From Negaprion brevirostris (Eukaryota): DNA of 64,000 nucleotides. A program made the translations under genes and the position numbers. The notes beneath the pieces are model-generated. The model made no database searches. It was given only the letters and a program-made list of their open reading frames with translations, and was not told the origin of the DNA. The DNA is taken from the NCBI GenBank assembly GCA_030324005.1, contig JARDVH010000132.1, forward strand, positions 77,814,252 through 77,878,251, in the 5' to 3' direction. This document shows positions 27,258 to 39,060 of the stretch, piece by piece (positions within the stretch are counted from its first letter, which is position 1; each line of letters opens with the position of its first letter).

Positions 27258-27485
27258 GGTAGGTCGCGGGAACTGTGGTGCACTAAGGTTGTGATGAACC
27301 TAGTCAGGAAGAAAAGAAAGGCGTACAAAAGGTTCAGAGAGCTAGGAGATGTTAAGGGTCTAGAGGAGTATAAGGCTTGTAGAAAGGAGCTTAAAAAGGA
27401 AATTAGGAGATCCAGAAGGAGTCATGAGAAGGCCTTGGCTGGTAAGATTAAGGAGAATCCCACGGCGTTCTACAAATATGTGAAG
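27258..27485 (+). mobile_element. Young CR1 ORF2 fragment (endonuclease-RT linker) running into a gap
   Basis: Open frame MNLVRKKRKAYKRFRELGDVKGLEEYKACRKELKKEIRRSRRSHEKALAGKIKENPTAFYKYVK. Confidence 0.85.
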
Positions 27486-28658
27486 NNNNNNNNNNNNNNN
27501 NNNNNNNNNNNNNNNNNNNNNNNNNNNNNNNNNNNNNNNNNNNNNNNNNNNNNNNNNNNNNNNNNNNNNNNNNNNNNNNNNNNNNNNNNNNNNNNNNNNN
27601 NNNNNNNNNNNNNNNNNNNNNNNNNNNNNNNNNNNNNNNNNNNNNNNNNNNNNNNNNNNNNNNNNNNNNNNNNNNNNNNNNNNNNCTCCTGCTGCTGAGT
27701 GACTATAGGATAAGGCGCTTAGGTAGCCTTAAGGGTTTTTAATTGGGTAGGTAGCCCAACACTTCCACACTGCTTATAAAATCAGGGCAGGCAAGCATGT
27801 CACCAATGGTGCATGCCCTATTTTACTGATCCACTTGCCAGCCACCTGCTTTCCTGCCCCACAGGTGGCCTGTAAAATCATTCCTTTTAAACCAATCAGA
27901 AGCTGACACTTTGAATGAACCAGGATTGCATCTCTCAACTCATTGGTATCACCTCCTGCCACCATACACAATCTGATTGACATCCCTCACACAAGCAATC
28001 TGATGGAATCAGTCCCCATAAACAAAGCCTGACTTAAATCAATCTATTCAACATCCCCACCTCGTGCACATGCACTTGAACAGCTTGGATGAGATTGTAA
28101 AAAAATACAAAATTTTCTGTCAAAATTGTTTTTAGTATCATTCATTGTTATTGAATGCTTGAAGGGAATGGCAAAATGCCTTCCTTCTTGAGAATGTTTT
28201 TAAAATGTTAAGAAGTAATAAGAATAAATATGTTTCTTTGTTATGCTTGGGTTAAAGGGAAACTATTTTGTCAGCTGTTTCCTGCCACTTAAAACAGAAC
28301 CAGGAAATGGTTTGTTAATAAATTGGTGTCTAACAGCAATATATATTTTGGTACAGTTTCATGTCAATAATAGTTGGGCCATTTGTAGAAAGTGGCCATT
28401 CTATATAGAGATTTAGAGTAAAGATTCCACACAATATATGAGCACTTATCATGTAGTTTCGGTCATAAAACTGGGACTTACTATCGTGACAACCTGTCCC
28501 ATTGTTTCCTCCAGCATGCTTTATCAAAGGTTTTGTCTTAAAATATGAGAAACACTCAGTCCTTTCATAAAATTCCAATCTATTTCAATGCACAGTGTGA
28601 GCATTAGTGCCTTTGTGTTCTTCCTGTCATAGCTACCTCAAGAATCTAATGGAATAAC

Positions 28659-28923
28659 TATAACAGATTGAGGGCATATCGGTAAAGTTTCAACTGTAAA
28701 GGCTTTATTGCCAACAGAGTAATTATATACAAGAACATCAATGTAAGACTAGGTTACAAGCATGACTGCTCCTCTGGATTGCTGTGCTCCAACTACCAGT
28801 CCCTCCTGAACCTGTGGTCTGTGTCACCCTGTTAACTGGCTCAACTTCACACCAGGTCATAGGATCCTCACTGGTCATGTGACCCTGGGAACATGAGTTT
28901 CCTTCAAGGGCCAAGCTACTACA
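28659..28923 (-). repeat. 3' LTR of the minus-strand Gypsy element
   Basis: Direct repeat of 34492-34710 (shared aacagagtaattat, actgctcctctggatt, cataggatcc), with an adjacent PPT. Confidence 0.85.
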
Positions 28924-30260
28924 TTCCTTCGCCCCAAAATCTAAAACACTCGTAAAGAGAAACAGAGAACAACATAGGCACATCATAGGCTCTAACACAA
29001 AAAGGGTATCCAGAAAAACTTCTGGAAAACTCTTCAATGATACAAATGGTCCACAGCCTTCCTGTTAGAGCACCTCAGTCCAGTGGCAGGCTTGTATTTA
29101 AAGAGCCAGACTTGATGGATAAGAGTGCCAGGTTCATTAACCCTGGATCCAGTTGCTCTTCAGCAGCTTCAGGCTCCAACATTTCCTCATCCATTGGCCC
29201 TCAGGCCCCATATTCTTCACCGAAAGTCCAGTAGCCAGACTTGGCAACCTTGAACTAACTCCAGGGATTGCTCTGTCCAATACTGCTGTCCTCAGAGGGC
29301 CCACATGTTTCCTAAGCCTACAGCCTTGTACCTCCATGATGTAGGAGATGGGTCCTATTCTGTCCACTATTTTATCAGCTCCCCATGCCAGGCCTGCTGC
29401 AAAGTTTCTAATCAAGACTGCATCCTCTTCTTTAAACACTCAGATCTTTCTTCCGGCATCATGATTTATCTTCTGGAAGGCTTGCCTAGCCTCTATCTTC
29501 CCACCAAATTTAGGAATATCATGTCCAATCCTGTTTGTAACCAGTGTCCCATTAGAACTCAGCTGATGTAACCCCTGTGATCACATTTGGGGTTGTGTTA
29601 TATGATGGAAAACTGCTAAGCACAAAGGTGCCTCTATATTCATTGATGACTAGTGTCTGCAATGCCTGCTCTGCCAGCACAGTTGATGCTGGGTGGTAGG
29701 GTGCTGACCTCATGCGTTGAATGCCATTGGACTTGAGAAATTTTTGGAATTCTTCTGCCATGAATGATGTGCCATTGTCTGTCACCACCATTTCTGGAAT
29801 GCCATAGATGACAAATATCTTCCTTAACTTGGCTGTTGTTGACTTCATCACTTGCACATCCAACCATTTGGAGTGTGCATCCATGAGTATAAGAAACACA
29901 TGACCCATAAAAGGCCCAATAAAATCTAGGTGTAGCCTTGCCCAGGGTCGGCTGGACCACTCCCAAGAATACACATTCACCGGTGGTGGTAAAGCCTGAT
30001 GAGCTTTGTATTTGGGCATTGGCTAACCATCCTTTCTGTTTTTTTGTCAAAACCCAGCTACCATACGTAACTCCTGGCTGTGGCCTTCATTCTACTGTGA
30101 CCTGAATGAGAGTCATGCAATTCTTGTAACAGGAGTTATCTCTCTTGGGGCGGGACTATAATTTCAGACCCCCCAAGTAACACCCTGTCTTCACAGGTTA
30201 TTTCTGACCTTCTACTTTGGTAATGTTTTAACAAATCTGACTTCTCATAGTCTGACTTCT

Positions 30261-30442
30261 GGGTGGCTTGGTGACACAATGGTTAGCACTGCTACCTCAC
30301 ACCTCCAGTGGGGTGCTCCCACAATGTGCTAGTTAGCTGGATTGACCCAAACAGACAGTGGAATGTGGCGACTAGGGGAATTTCACAGTAACTTCATTGC
30401 AGTGTTAATGTAAGCCTTACTTGTGACTAATAAATAACCTTG
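30261..30442 (+). mobile_element. V-SINE variant with an HE1-like head and a different 3' tail, internally deleted
   Basis: Head ggtgacacaatggttagcactgctacctcaca; tail gtggcgactaggggaatttcacagtaacttcattgcagtgttaatgtaagccttacttgtgactaataaataa. The tail recurs at 31432-31512 and 52120-52190. Confidence 0.7.
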
Positions 30443-30692
30443 AAACCTTATCCGTGCATAAACACCCTCAACATCTTTGTCAGCTTTGTGAAGTTGTAGT
30501 GTCCGCTGATGCATTTCAGACATCAACCCTGTCCAAGACCTCTCTGGGAGATCCCTGAGCACAAGGTCAGCAGCTTTGTTCGGCTGTTCCAGAGTGCGAT
30601 CCCAGGTGGTGCTGACCGTCAGCAGCCGAACACTTTGAATATTACTCAGCGAGGCATGGGCCACGAGCAACTTTGAATATTCTACCAAATTT

Positions 30693-30993
30693 TAGAATCT
30701 CTACCATACAGAGGAGGCCATTTGGCCCATTAAGTCTGTACAGACCACAATCCCACCCAGGCCCTATTCCCATGACTGAACGCATTTACCCTACTAATCC
30801 TGCTGACAGTAGGGGCAATTTAGTATGGCCAATCAATCCATCTTTTGGACTGTGTGAGGAAACCGGAGCACCCCGAGGAAACCCATGCAGACACGGGGAG
30901 GACATGCAGACTCCACACAGACAGTGATTCGAGGCCAGAATTGAACCTGGGCCCCTGGTGCTGTGAGGCAGCAGTGCCAACCACTGTGCCACC
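30693..30993 (-). mobile_element. HE1-type V-SINE
   Basis: Complete head, V-domain and CR1-type tail on the minus strand. Confidence 0.9.
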
Positions 30994-31124
30994 AAAGTCA
31001 AAAATATCATGCAGCTGAGCGGAACAAAACGGACAGGTTGGCTTGACTGGAGCGCTTGGTGGTGTGGACAAGAAACAAATGAGAAAATCACACATAACAC
31101 AAGGCACTCTCCTAATGAGCGTTA

Positions 31125-31240
31125 AAGGCAGAATACTGCGAATGCCAGAAATCTGAAATAAAACCAGAAAATGCAGGCCTGGCAACATCTGTAGAGAGAA
31201 ACAGATGTTTCAGACCTAATTGACCCCTCTTCTGAATGAC
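31125..31240 (-). repeat. Penelope-derived short repeat
   Basis: aggcagaatactgcgaatgccagaaatctgaaataaaaccagaaaatgc...catctgtagagagaaacagatgtttcag...tgacccctcttctgaa. Same family as 47390-47530. Confidence 0.6.
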
Positions 31241-32860
31241 AAACGAAGAACAAGGAAAAGTACAGCACAGGAACAGGCCCTTCGGCCCTCCAAGCCCGTG
31301 CTGATCATGATGTCCTTACTCCCTCTATTCCNNNNNNNNNNNNNNNNNNNNNNNNNNNNNNNNNNNNNNNNNNNNNNNNNNNNNNNNNNNNNNNNNNNNN
31401 NNNNNNNNNNNNNNNNNNNNNNNNNNNNNNNAATTTCACAGTAACTTCATTGCAGTGTTAATGTAAGCCTTACTTGTGACTAATAAATAAACTTTAACTT
31501 TAACTTTAACCTTAGTGCCTCCTTTGCATGACCATCTTCTCTCCCTTCTCCAGTATAGGGTCTTTTTCCATCCACAAGTTTGTGTTTTACCAAAACTGGT
31601 ACAGTGTCAATGAAATGCAGAGCCAGTATAACCTTTTGAAGAATGGGTAATGATGCTATTCTTTTTGACAAAGGTATCCGTCTGAGTGCATCTGCATGGA
31701 TATCTGTGTTGCAGGGTGATGCTGAAACACATAACTGTAGGTCGCTAACAAAAAAGCCCATCTCTTCACTCTTAAATAAACAATTGGAGGCACCAGCTTA
31801 CTTTCTGTGAATAGACCTAATAATGGCTTGTGGCCAGCCATGAATATACTAAACATGGTTCTTTTTTGATCGCATAGATGACACGCAAACTTTCCTTGTC
31901 TATTTGGGAGTATTTCCTCTCCATGTTGAACAATGTTCTTGAAGCAAAGGCAATGGGCCTTTGTTCATCATCAGGCATCAGGTGGGACAAATCAGCTCCC
32001 ACACCATATATGAAACATCGCAGGTTACTATTAAGGGTTCGTTTGGGTTGAAAGGTACCAACAAGGCAGATGACTGCAGGACCTGTTTAACTTTTGTGAA
32101 AGCTTCCTTCTGTTCTTCCCCCCATTTCCATGTTTGATTATTTTTTAACAGTTGATGAAGTGTAACTAAAACAGTAGAAATTTTTTTTTAATCTGCCATG
32201 GTAGTTGACCAACCCCCGTATTGATTTCAGCTCGGATATGTCCTTGGACCCCCTTGATGGCTTTAACCTTTTCTTCCAAAAGATGTAAACCTTTCAAATC
32301 AAACCTGAATCCCAAATAGGTAACAGCTTCTGATTGAAATGTACTTTTTTTCCACTTCATCTGAACACTTGCTCCCTAAAGATACCTTCACACTTCTAGA
32401 TTTGACCTGTGTTCTCCAGGTGTTGTGTCAGTGATCACTACATCATCCAGATCAACCACTACATTGGGGATGCCTTCCAGTAGGTTCCCCATTGCACACT
32501 CGCAAATGGCACAGGCTGATGAGACTCCAAAAGGCAATCTGGCATACTGATACAATCACTTGTGTGTGTTGATTGTCACCAGCTTTTGTTAGTCCTCATC
32601 CAACTTCAGCTGCTGATAGATATGGCTGAGGTCCAATTTAAACCTCAGCTAGTATAGCATAGACATCTTCAGTTTTGGGTATGGGGTTCCTGTCTACCTA
32701 TGCTTCTTTATTTTCAGTTAATTTGTAATTCCCACAAATTCTGACGGTCTGACCTGGTTTTAAAATGGGGACTATGGGTACAGCCCATTCGAGGTATTCT
32801 ACTTTTTATAATACCTAAATCTTCCAGCCTCTTAAAAGCTTGATTTCCACTTTCTGATGA

Positions 32861-33073
32861 AGGGACAGAGAATTTAGCATGTCTAATGAACTCAACCAGC
32901 ACATCTTTTGGCCTGTGGGAGGAAACTGGAGAACCCGGAGGAAACCCATGCAGACTGAAGGAGAACGTGCAGACTCCACACACCGATCCAAGCTGGGAAT
33001 TGAACCCGGGTCCCTGGAGCTGTAAGGCAGCAGTGCTAACCATTGTACTGCAGTACTAACCATTTGCCACCCC
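32861..33073 (-). mobile_element. V-SINE (3'-truncated) inserted into the Gypsy RT
   Basis: Head tggttagcactgctgccttacagctccagggacccgggttcaattcc plus V-domain, with a short tandem duplication of the A-box segment. Confidence 0.85.
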
Positions 33074-34491
33074 ATAAGGCACTGGGGGGCCAGAAAATAT
33101 TTAGGCATCACCTCTTGATCCAGATAGATTAGCTTGAGCTCCCCATATACATCCTAATTTGTCTCTGAAGACCATGGATTATTCAAACGGTAACTCCTGA
33201 AAACCTCCATCCTTCAGGTTTAAAATTTCTAGCCAGTTTAGTTGTATCTGTTTTAAACAATCTCGTCCCATTAAACAAGGTCTGTGACCTTAGATTACCA
33301 AGACTGGCAGTTTTGCCTTCTGGTTCTGATATGCCACTGTTATTGTTGCAACACCTAAAGTCTGCAGTGCCGTTCCAGTATATGTGGACAACGCGGAGCC
33401 TATTTCACTTAATCTTAATGGTTGGAGTCCCTTTTGCAGATAATAAAATGCCTGTTCCCCTGTGAATGTGGCCATCGCTCCTGTATCCACTTCCATTTTC
33501 AATGTTGCCATTTATCTGCAAAGTTATCTCTACCGAGGGCACTTTGTTTAACTGGGCCTGGTTTAGGGTGAACTTTTCAGATCACTCACCAGGTTCCTCA
33601 TCCAGATCTTTTAAAGGAGTTAATCCAGCAGTTGCTGTCTTTTCTTTCTGCACGGACTGTGCTGATTGATTTGATCTGCGCCAAGCCTTGCTATGCTTGA
33701 AGCACACACAGTTCTTGACTCGACAAACTTCTTGAGACTGTTCCCCACCACATTTAAAACACATGTCAGCTCTCAGTAATGCACTGCTTCTATCAGGCAC
33801 TGATGCACCCGCTTCTGGACTGTTTTACACCACAGCTGTTTCCCACCATAAACAATTTACCGCTTTCGGCATTTCTTGCAACTCTAAAAGTTCCTGCTCC
33901 GTGCATCCAGTAACCTGGGCCTGTTCGACTGCTTTTTTGAAGATGATTTTGATCAGTAATCTTTTTTGAATTATTGAGCTGTTATTGAGCACAGATTATT
34001 CTGTCCCTTAATATTTCCGCTAATGCTTAGCTGAATTTGCAGTGTTCTGTCAATCTCCTCAATCTTACCACGAAAACTGAAATCATCTCCCTGGCTCACA
34101 GAATGCTGCATGAAATTCGTATCTCAACATAATGATCAAGGGACAGGGGTAAAATGATTCTTAACCAGTTCTACAATCTGGTCAAACGACATTGTATCTG
34201 GATTGTCTGGTAATGTTAATGTTCTCCCTAAGCTGGAGGTCTGAGGGCCACTGACACAAAATCTTTCCTCTTGTCTTCCACAGTTATTTCACTTGTAGCA
34301 AGGTAATATTGCAGCCTTTCTATGTATTGTCCCCAGTCATCAACCTCTAGGTCAAATGGCATGATCATTCCTATCGCAAGAATTGCAAAATGAGTGCACC
34401 TTACTTCTTCTTGCTCTTGGCACTCAAGTCTCCTCCCCCTCTAGCTGGACACTGAAATCCGTGACCACTTTAATGTTTGCCTTGTTGCCAA

Positions 34492-34710
34492 CGTAATAGA
34501 TCGAGGGTGACTTGATGATGTTTCAGCTATAAAGATTTTATTGAAAACAGAGTAATTATGCACAAAAACATCAAAGTGAGACTAAACTATGTGCAACTGC
34601 TCCTCTGGATTCCCAGGCTCCAATTGCCAGTCCCTTCTCAACCCATTGTCTGCGTCCTCCTGCTGATTGGCTCAGTTCCAGAGTGATCCATAGGATCCAC
34701 AACGCCCACA
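34492..34710 (-). repeat. 5' LTR of the minus-strand Gypsy element
   Basis: Direct repeat of 28659-28923, about 45 bp shorter, with an adjacent PBS. Confidence 0.8.
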
Positions 34711-34782
34711 TAGCTCTCAGAAAATAGTCCTCTCACCCCCTGGAAGAACCATGCTGCTAAAATAAGGAAGATAAATAAATGC

Positions 34783-34905
34783 ATAACTTACATTCATCTA
34801 GCCCCTTTTATGATCTCAGGAGGTCACAGAGGATTTTATAACCAATTAAGTCCTGCAAAAAGCAATATGATAATGACCTGGTAATTTGTTTTACTGATGT
34901 TTGCT
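34783..34905 (-). mobile_element. DeuSINE 3' fragment
   Basis: aacttacattcatctagcccc...agcaatatgataatgacctggtaatttgttttactgatgtt resembles the recalled SacSINE1 3' region and 38445-38500. Confidence 0.45.
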
Positions 34906-34989
34906 GACTTTCTCACACGGTGCATTTGGTGGAGGTTAACTTTAACTTCCTTCCTGTTGGGCATGCATTCTTCTTGAGGATTTCTCCAG

Positions 34990-35575
34990 TGCTCCTCATC
35001 ACATTTCTCTTCAGAAAGAAGCCTTTTTCAGCTACCATCAGGGTTGGTCTCCTTGTTTTGCACTGTTCATCTGGAATTTCCCAAGGTCCCCTTCTCTACC
35101 TCATTTATTCATTGCCTTTGATGCTCTCCTGGATGGCCTCCTATCATCCTTGGACAGGGCCAGTGACTCTAACTACAGGACAGTTTGCAGTGACTGGGTT
35201 TTAATGTCAGTTTTAATATCTGAGCTTCATTTAAGTGCCACAGACTGACTTTGCGCCTAAGTTCATCTGACACTATAGCTTTGCCTTTGTCACTTCCTGA
35301 ATCAACTATTTCAACGCTCTCCAGGTAGCCACCCACTTTCCATTAAAAATCAGCTCAGCCAAGACTCTGCCACCTTTATCTGTTCCACATTAACTCCCAC
35401 CTACCTGTCAGTTTTGCTGTTTTAGGTCAGTCCTGGGTCTTAAATTGTCTGTAGAACATGCAAAAAAAACTTTTTACTGCATATTAATACATGTGACAAT
35501 AATAAATCAAATCAAATTTAAAAGCCTCAGCATTGTATTCAAATCTCCATAACCTCATTCAACCCTCTTTCGAAC
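34990..35575 (+). mobile_element. L2 LINE remnant with an inserted LINE 3' tail (35452-35516)
   Basis: GISQGPLLYLIYSLPL (RT GxPQGS-like) and FAFVTS*INYFNALQ (L2 AFVTSRLDYxNALL). The inserted tail is tacatgtgacaataataaatcaaatcaaat. Confidence 0.6.
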
Positions 35576-35744
35576 TTACCCCGGACCAAATATTTAGACA
35601 ATGAATGTTAACTTACTGAGCCAGGAGAAGTGGGGTGTGGATTTTAACTGCATAGTGAACCCAGAGGCAGGAATTATCACCACAGTATGCAATCTCACCC
35701 AAGGAGTTCCTTGCCAGAGGTCAGCCTGATTGGCAAGTTTGGCT

Positions 35745-36060
35745 TAGAATCATAACATCCCTACACTTCAGAAGGAGGACATTTGGCTTATCCAGTCTGT
35801 ACTGACCTCATCCCATCTAGGCCCTATTCCTGTCACCCCACACAGTTACCTCGCTAATCCCCNNNNNNNNNNTATAATCAATTTAACATAGCCAATCAAC
35901 TTAACTCGCACATCTTTGTACCGTGGGAGGAAACCGGAGCACTACGCAGATACGGGGAGAAGGTGCAAGCTTCACGCAGATGGTGACCTGAGGCCGGAAT
36001 TGAAATTGGGTCCCTGGTGCTGTGAGGCAGCAGTGCTAACTGTTGTGCCACCGTGCCGCT
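35745..36060 (-). mobile_element. HE1-type V-SINE
   Basis: The reverse complement begins gcggcacggtggcacaacagttagcactgctgcctcacagcaccagggaccc. V-domain and tail are present. Confidence 0.9.
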
Positions 36061-36168
36061 TCTGATCAAGGTGTCCAATATTGAGAGGAGGGGGCTGTTA
36101 AAGGCAGCCAGGAGTCTAGCCCAGAGTCCTGCNNNNNNNNNNNNNNNNNNNNNNNNNNNNNNNNNNNN

Positions 36169-36248
36169 TTATTGAATGGCGGGGCAGGCTCGAAGGGCTA
36201 GATGGCCTACTCCTGCTCCTATTTCTTATGTTCTTATGTTGTTATGTT
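36169..36248 (+). mobile_element. CR1 extreme 3' tail after a gap
   Basis: ttattgaatggcggggcaggctcgaagggctagatggcctactcctgctcc...tatgttcttatgtt, near-identical to 2013-2087. Confidence 0.8.
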
Positions 36249-38442
36249 GGAGAAGGGAGTTATCAGAGATCTGGAAGGAGCCAGGAACCTGCTTGCCTCC
36301 AATTAACTGCCAGTTAAGCTCCTTGAGGAGCTTGACAACATGTTTGGTTCGGCCAGAAGGCAAATTTGAAATTGTAGATTATCAAAGTTATTAAGTGCAC
36401 AGCTGTCAGATATGATGTCAGAAGCCACCAAGTTTTCCCTGAGGAAAAAATGTTTGGCAATAAGGGTTATTTTCTGAACTCTAGTGCAGCATTTTTTAGC
36501 TGACTGCTTGGTCACTTCACTGTGCCATGAGACTGCTGACCCTCTGATATCCTGTCTCTTCCATACTGCGAGGCAGCAGCTTGCCCAGTCATGGCTGCCT
36601 TCTGCCTTTGAGGATTACAATTAACAGCCCCTGGCCACTGTCAAAGCTACATCTGTATTTCAAGTTTACATCACCTGAGTGACGCAAACACGGTACAGTG
36701 TCGGGTCCTGCAAATTACTAAGGCATTGGTTCCTGATCCTGGTTTAAAAATTTCAGTCGAGATGTCTGGCATTGCAATGCTCTTTGATCACCAAAAAGGT
36801 GTGTTTTCTGCCAACACCATGTGCGCACTGTTGTAAGCATCACCGCCATCTTCATAAGGAGCAATATGTAGAAAGGTGTACACATGGTAATCACTGGCCC
36901 TAAAATTGTAAATATTACAGTACCAACAGCAGAATTTCTCGGGTGTCCCACAGTTTTCTTTATCCCATTGGATTTCCTTAAGCCTTTCCTCATTTTTCCC
37001 CAGTCTTTTGGGAAGAGTCCTTTCTTCCAATAAACTATCTTGCCATTGCTGCAGATCTCAGTAGTATGGAAGGATGGTGTGTAATTAAGGCTGTGTTCCA
37101 TTATTTGCCTGCCTGTTGGTGCATAAATGTACTGTGCTGGGAGAAACCAGCCCTGGAATATGGCTAATGGAATTGCAGCCAACACCAGCTGGAACAGAAG
37201 CATCTCCTCTCCTCTCCCTCCCAATTCTTGGAAACAGTGAGGAGGCTGCACCCTGACTGCCCACCCATTGCGAGGTGCTCAAAAACTGAGTGAATGGCTT
37301 GAGGGATCATAAGCCTCCCCATCTTGACTCCCTGTTCTTCTTCCTTCCTCTAACTCTCAGACTTTCCGCTAATGGGAATGGGATAGTCTCACTCCACTTT
37401 GGCTGATAAACACTTGAATTTGCATGGAAGTGAAGCTGCAAGCATTTCACACTAAACACAAATAACGTGATTTAACGAGTCTGACACATTTTAAGATTAC
37501 TATCTGGCTCAAGACTAAAAGGAAATATTGCTCCAAGCATAGGACTATTATCACATTTCTTTCCACCACCAGACTTTTAACTGAGGGACAATTTCCCTTT
37601 TCATAAATATCAATTCCATCAGGATGCTTTATTGCAAACATTTAGCTGGAATGGCAAAAGGATCAGTGGAATTTTCCCACACTGTATGGTGTAAGTATTC
37701 TCCAGTGTCAAGAATGCCATTCTTTTTTTTTGCGNNNNNNNNNNNNNNNNNNNNNNNNNNNNNNNNNNNNNNNNNNNNNNNNNNNNNTTCTGAGTCCACG
37801 TGATATGGAAAAAATTTGATGGAAAAGAAGTTAGTTTTTATGAGGCAAGACCTTAATGAACACTTCACACGAGAGTTCGAAGTACCTGATTACAGCAATT
37901 TGTGTTCAGCCTACGCATGGATTTGTTTGAATTTACGTTTCACATTGCACTGGAAGCCATTGTGTAATTAGTCACAATGATGTTAGTGTACAGAAATTGG
38001 AGATAATTGCCTAAACATAGTTGAAGCTTTTCAAGAGAAGCCTGGCTTTTTGTTTCTGGAACTGAGCTGACTTTCCCATTCTGGCATTTGTTAGCACTTA
38101 TTTCATTACGAGTTCATCCACTAAGGTTGGACTTGGCATTTTGGCACCAGATCTGAAAATGTACTGAAGTTTTGCATTTTTCTTTTTATTTCTTTTCAGC
38201 TCATTAACAGCATACTGTTGGGCAGTTGCTCCAGTGATATTTTATTCTTTTATTGAAAGACCAAATCTTTCTAAATTATTCTTCTCTTTGTTTTACAGTC
38301 GCTATCTCCCTTCCCACATTTGCATATCATTTGCCATTTAAGAAAATACATTTTCTATTATTATATATAGGGTATGAGTTTGCATAACAAATAACATAAC
38401 ACAATGAAAACATTGACATTTGTAAGTGTTTCTATTAAGAAG

Positions 38443-39060
38443 GGAAGACTTTGCATTTATATAGTACCTTGGATGGCCACAGGATATCCAAAGTACTTTG
38501 TTTCTGAAGGGCCTCTTGTGATGCTTTGGGTGGCGTTCCTACCTCTGAACTAGAAGCTCTGGGTTCAAAATCCACTCCAATTCTTGATGGCCACTGAAAG
38601 TACATTCATAAAGTAGCCAAACACATTGAATATCAACATGTAAGTCCTTCCAGTTTGTCTATGGCTGGCAATAGGAATAAGAGTATCTCCTGATCAACTG
38701 GAATCTACTGAAGGCAATGGCAAGTCATTGCAATACCTTGCCAATTATAATCAGAGAGCAGCACATGGAAGTCTATTTGGTCACCAATGCCCACTTAAGG
38801 CACGGAACCTGAACAGAGAGAGAAAGAAGTGCTTTCAAAGTTTTAGCTACTGCTATAATGCATACATGACACACAGTGATGTTGATAGGGGTAATTTTTT
38901 TGTTAGGACATTGGGGAGAACTTTCCTGCTGTTTTTCAAAATAGGATCTTTTATATCTATTAACAGGGCCAGAAGACTGCACCATAGATACCACAGCATT
39001 ACCTCAATACTGCATTGGAGGGCCAGTCTTGATTTTGTGTTCAAGGCTAAAATTTTACTA
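38443..39060 (-). mobile_element. DeuSINE (SacSINE1-like) interrupted by another SINE
   Basis: The 3' end aagactttgcatttatatagtacc...ccaaagtacttt (38443-38500) resumes at about 38830 with the Deu domain aggacattggggagaactttcctgctg...cctcaatactgcattggagggccagtcttgattttgtgttcaag. Confidence 0.65.
38508..38828 (+). mobile_element. tRNA-derived SINE (family C) with an RTE-like tail motif, nested in the DeuSINE
   Basis: B-box-like ctgggttcaaaatcc; gaaggcaatggcaagtcattgcaataccttgccaa resembles RTE-type SINE tails; ends in an A/G-rich run. Confidence 0.5.

Larger units (their letters stand above)
28659..34710 (-). mobile_element. Near-complete decayed Gypsy LTR retrotransposon (LTR-gag-PR-RT-RH-IN-LTR) with nested SINEs
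   Basis: LTRs at 34492-34710 and 28659-28923, PBS-like TGGCAACAAGG (34480-34490) and PPT GGGGCGAAGGAA (28924-28935). Gag PFDLEVDDWGQYIERLQYY with knuckle CFKCGG; protease MEVDTGA; RT LYQYARLPFGVSSA...DLDDV; RNase H PIAFASRTL...YSQIDKE; integrase WARLHLDFIGPF...DAHSKW...GIPEMVVTDNG...SAPYHPAS. Confidence 0.92.

Noticed and set aside
36718-37251. 177-aa minus-strand ORF
   Set aside because: No recognisable motif or splice context; probably a chance ORF in an unclassified old repeat.
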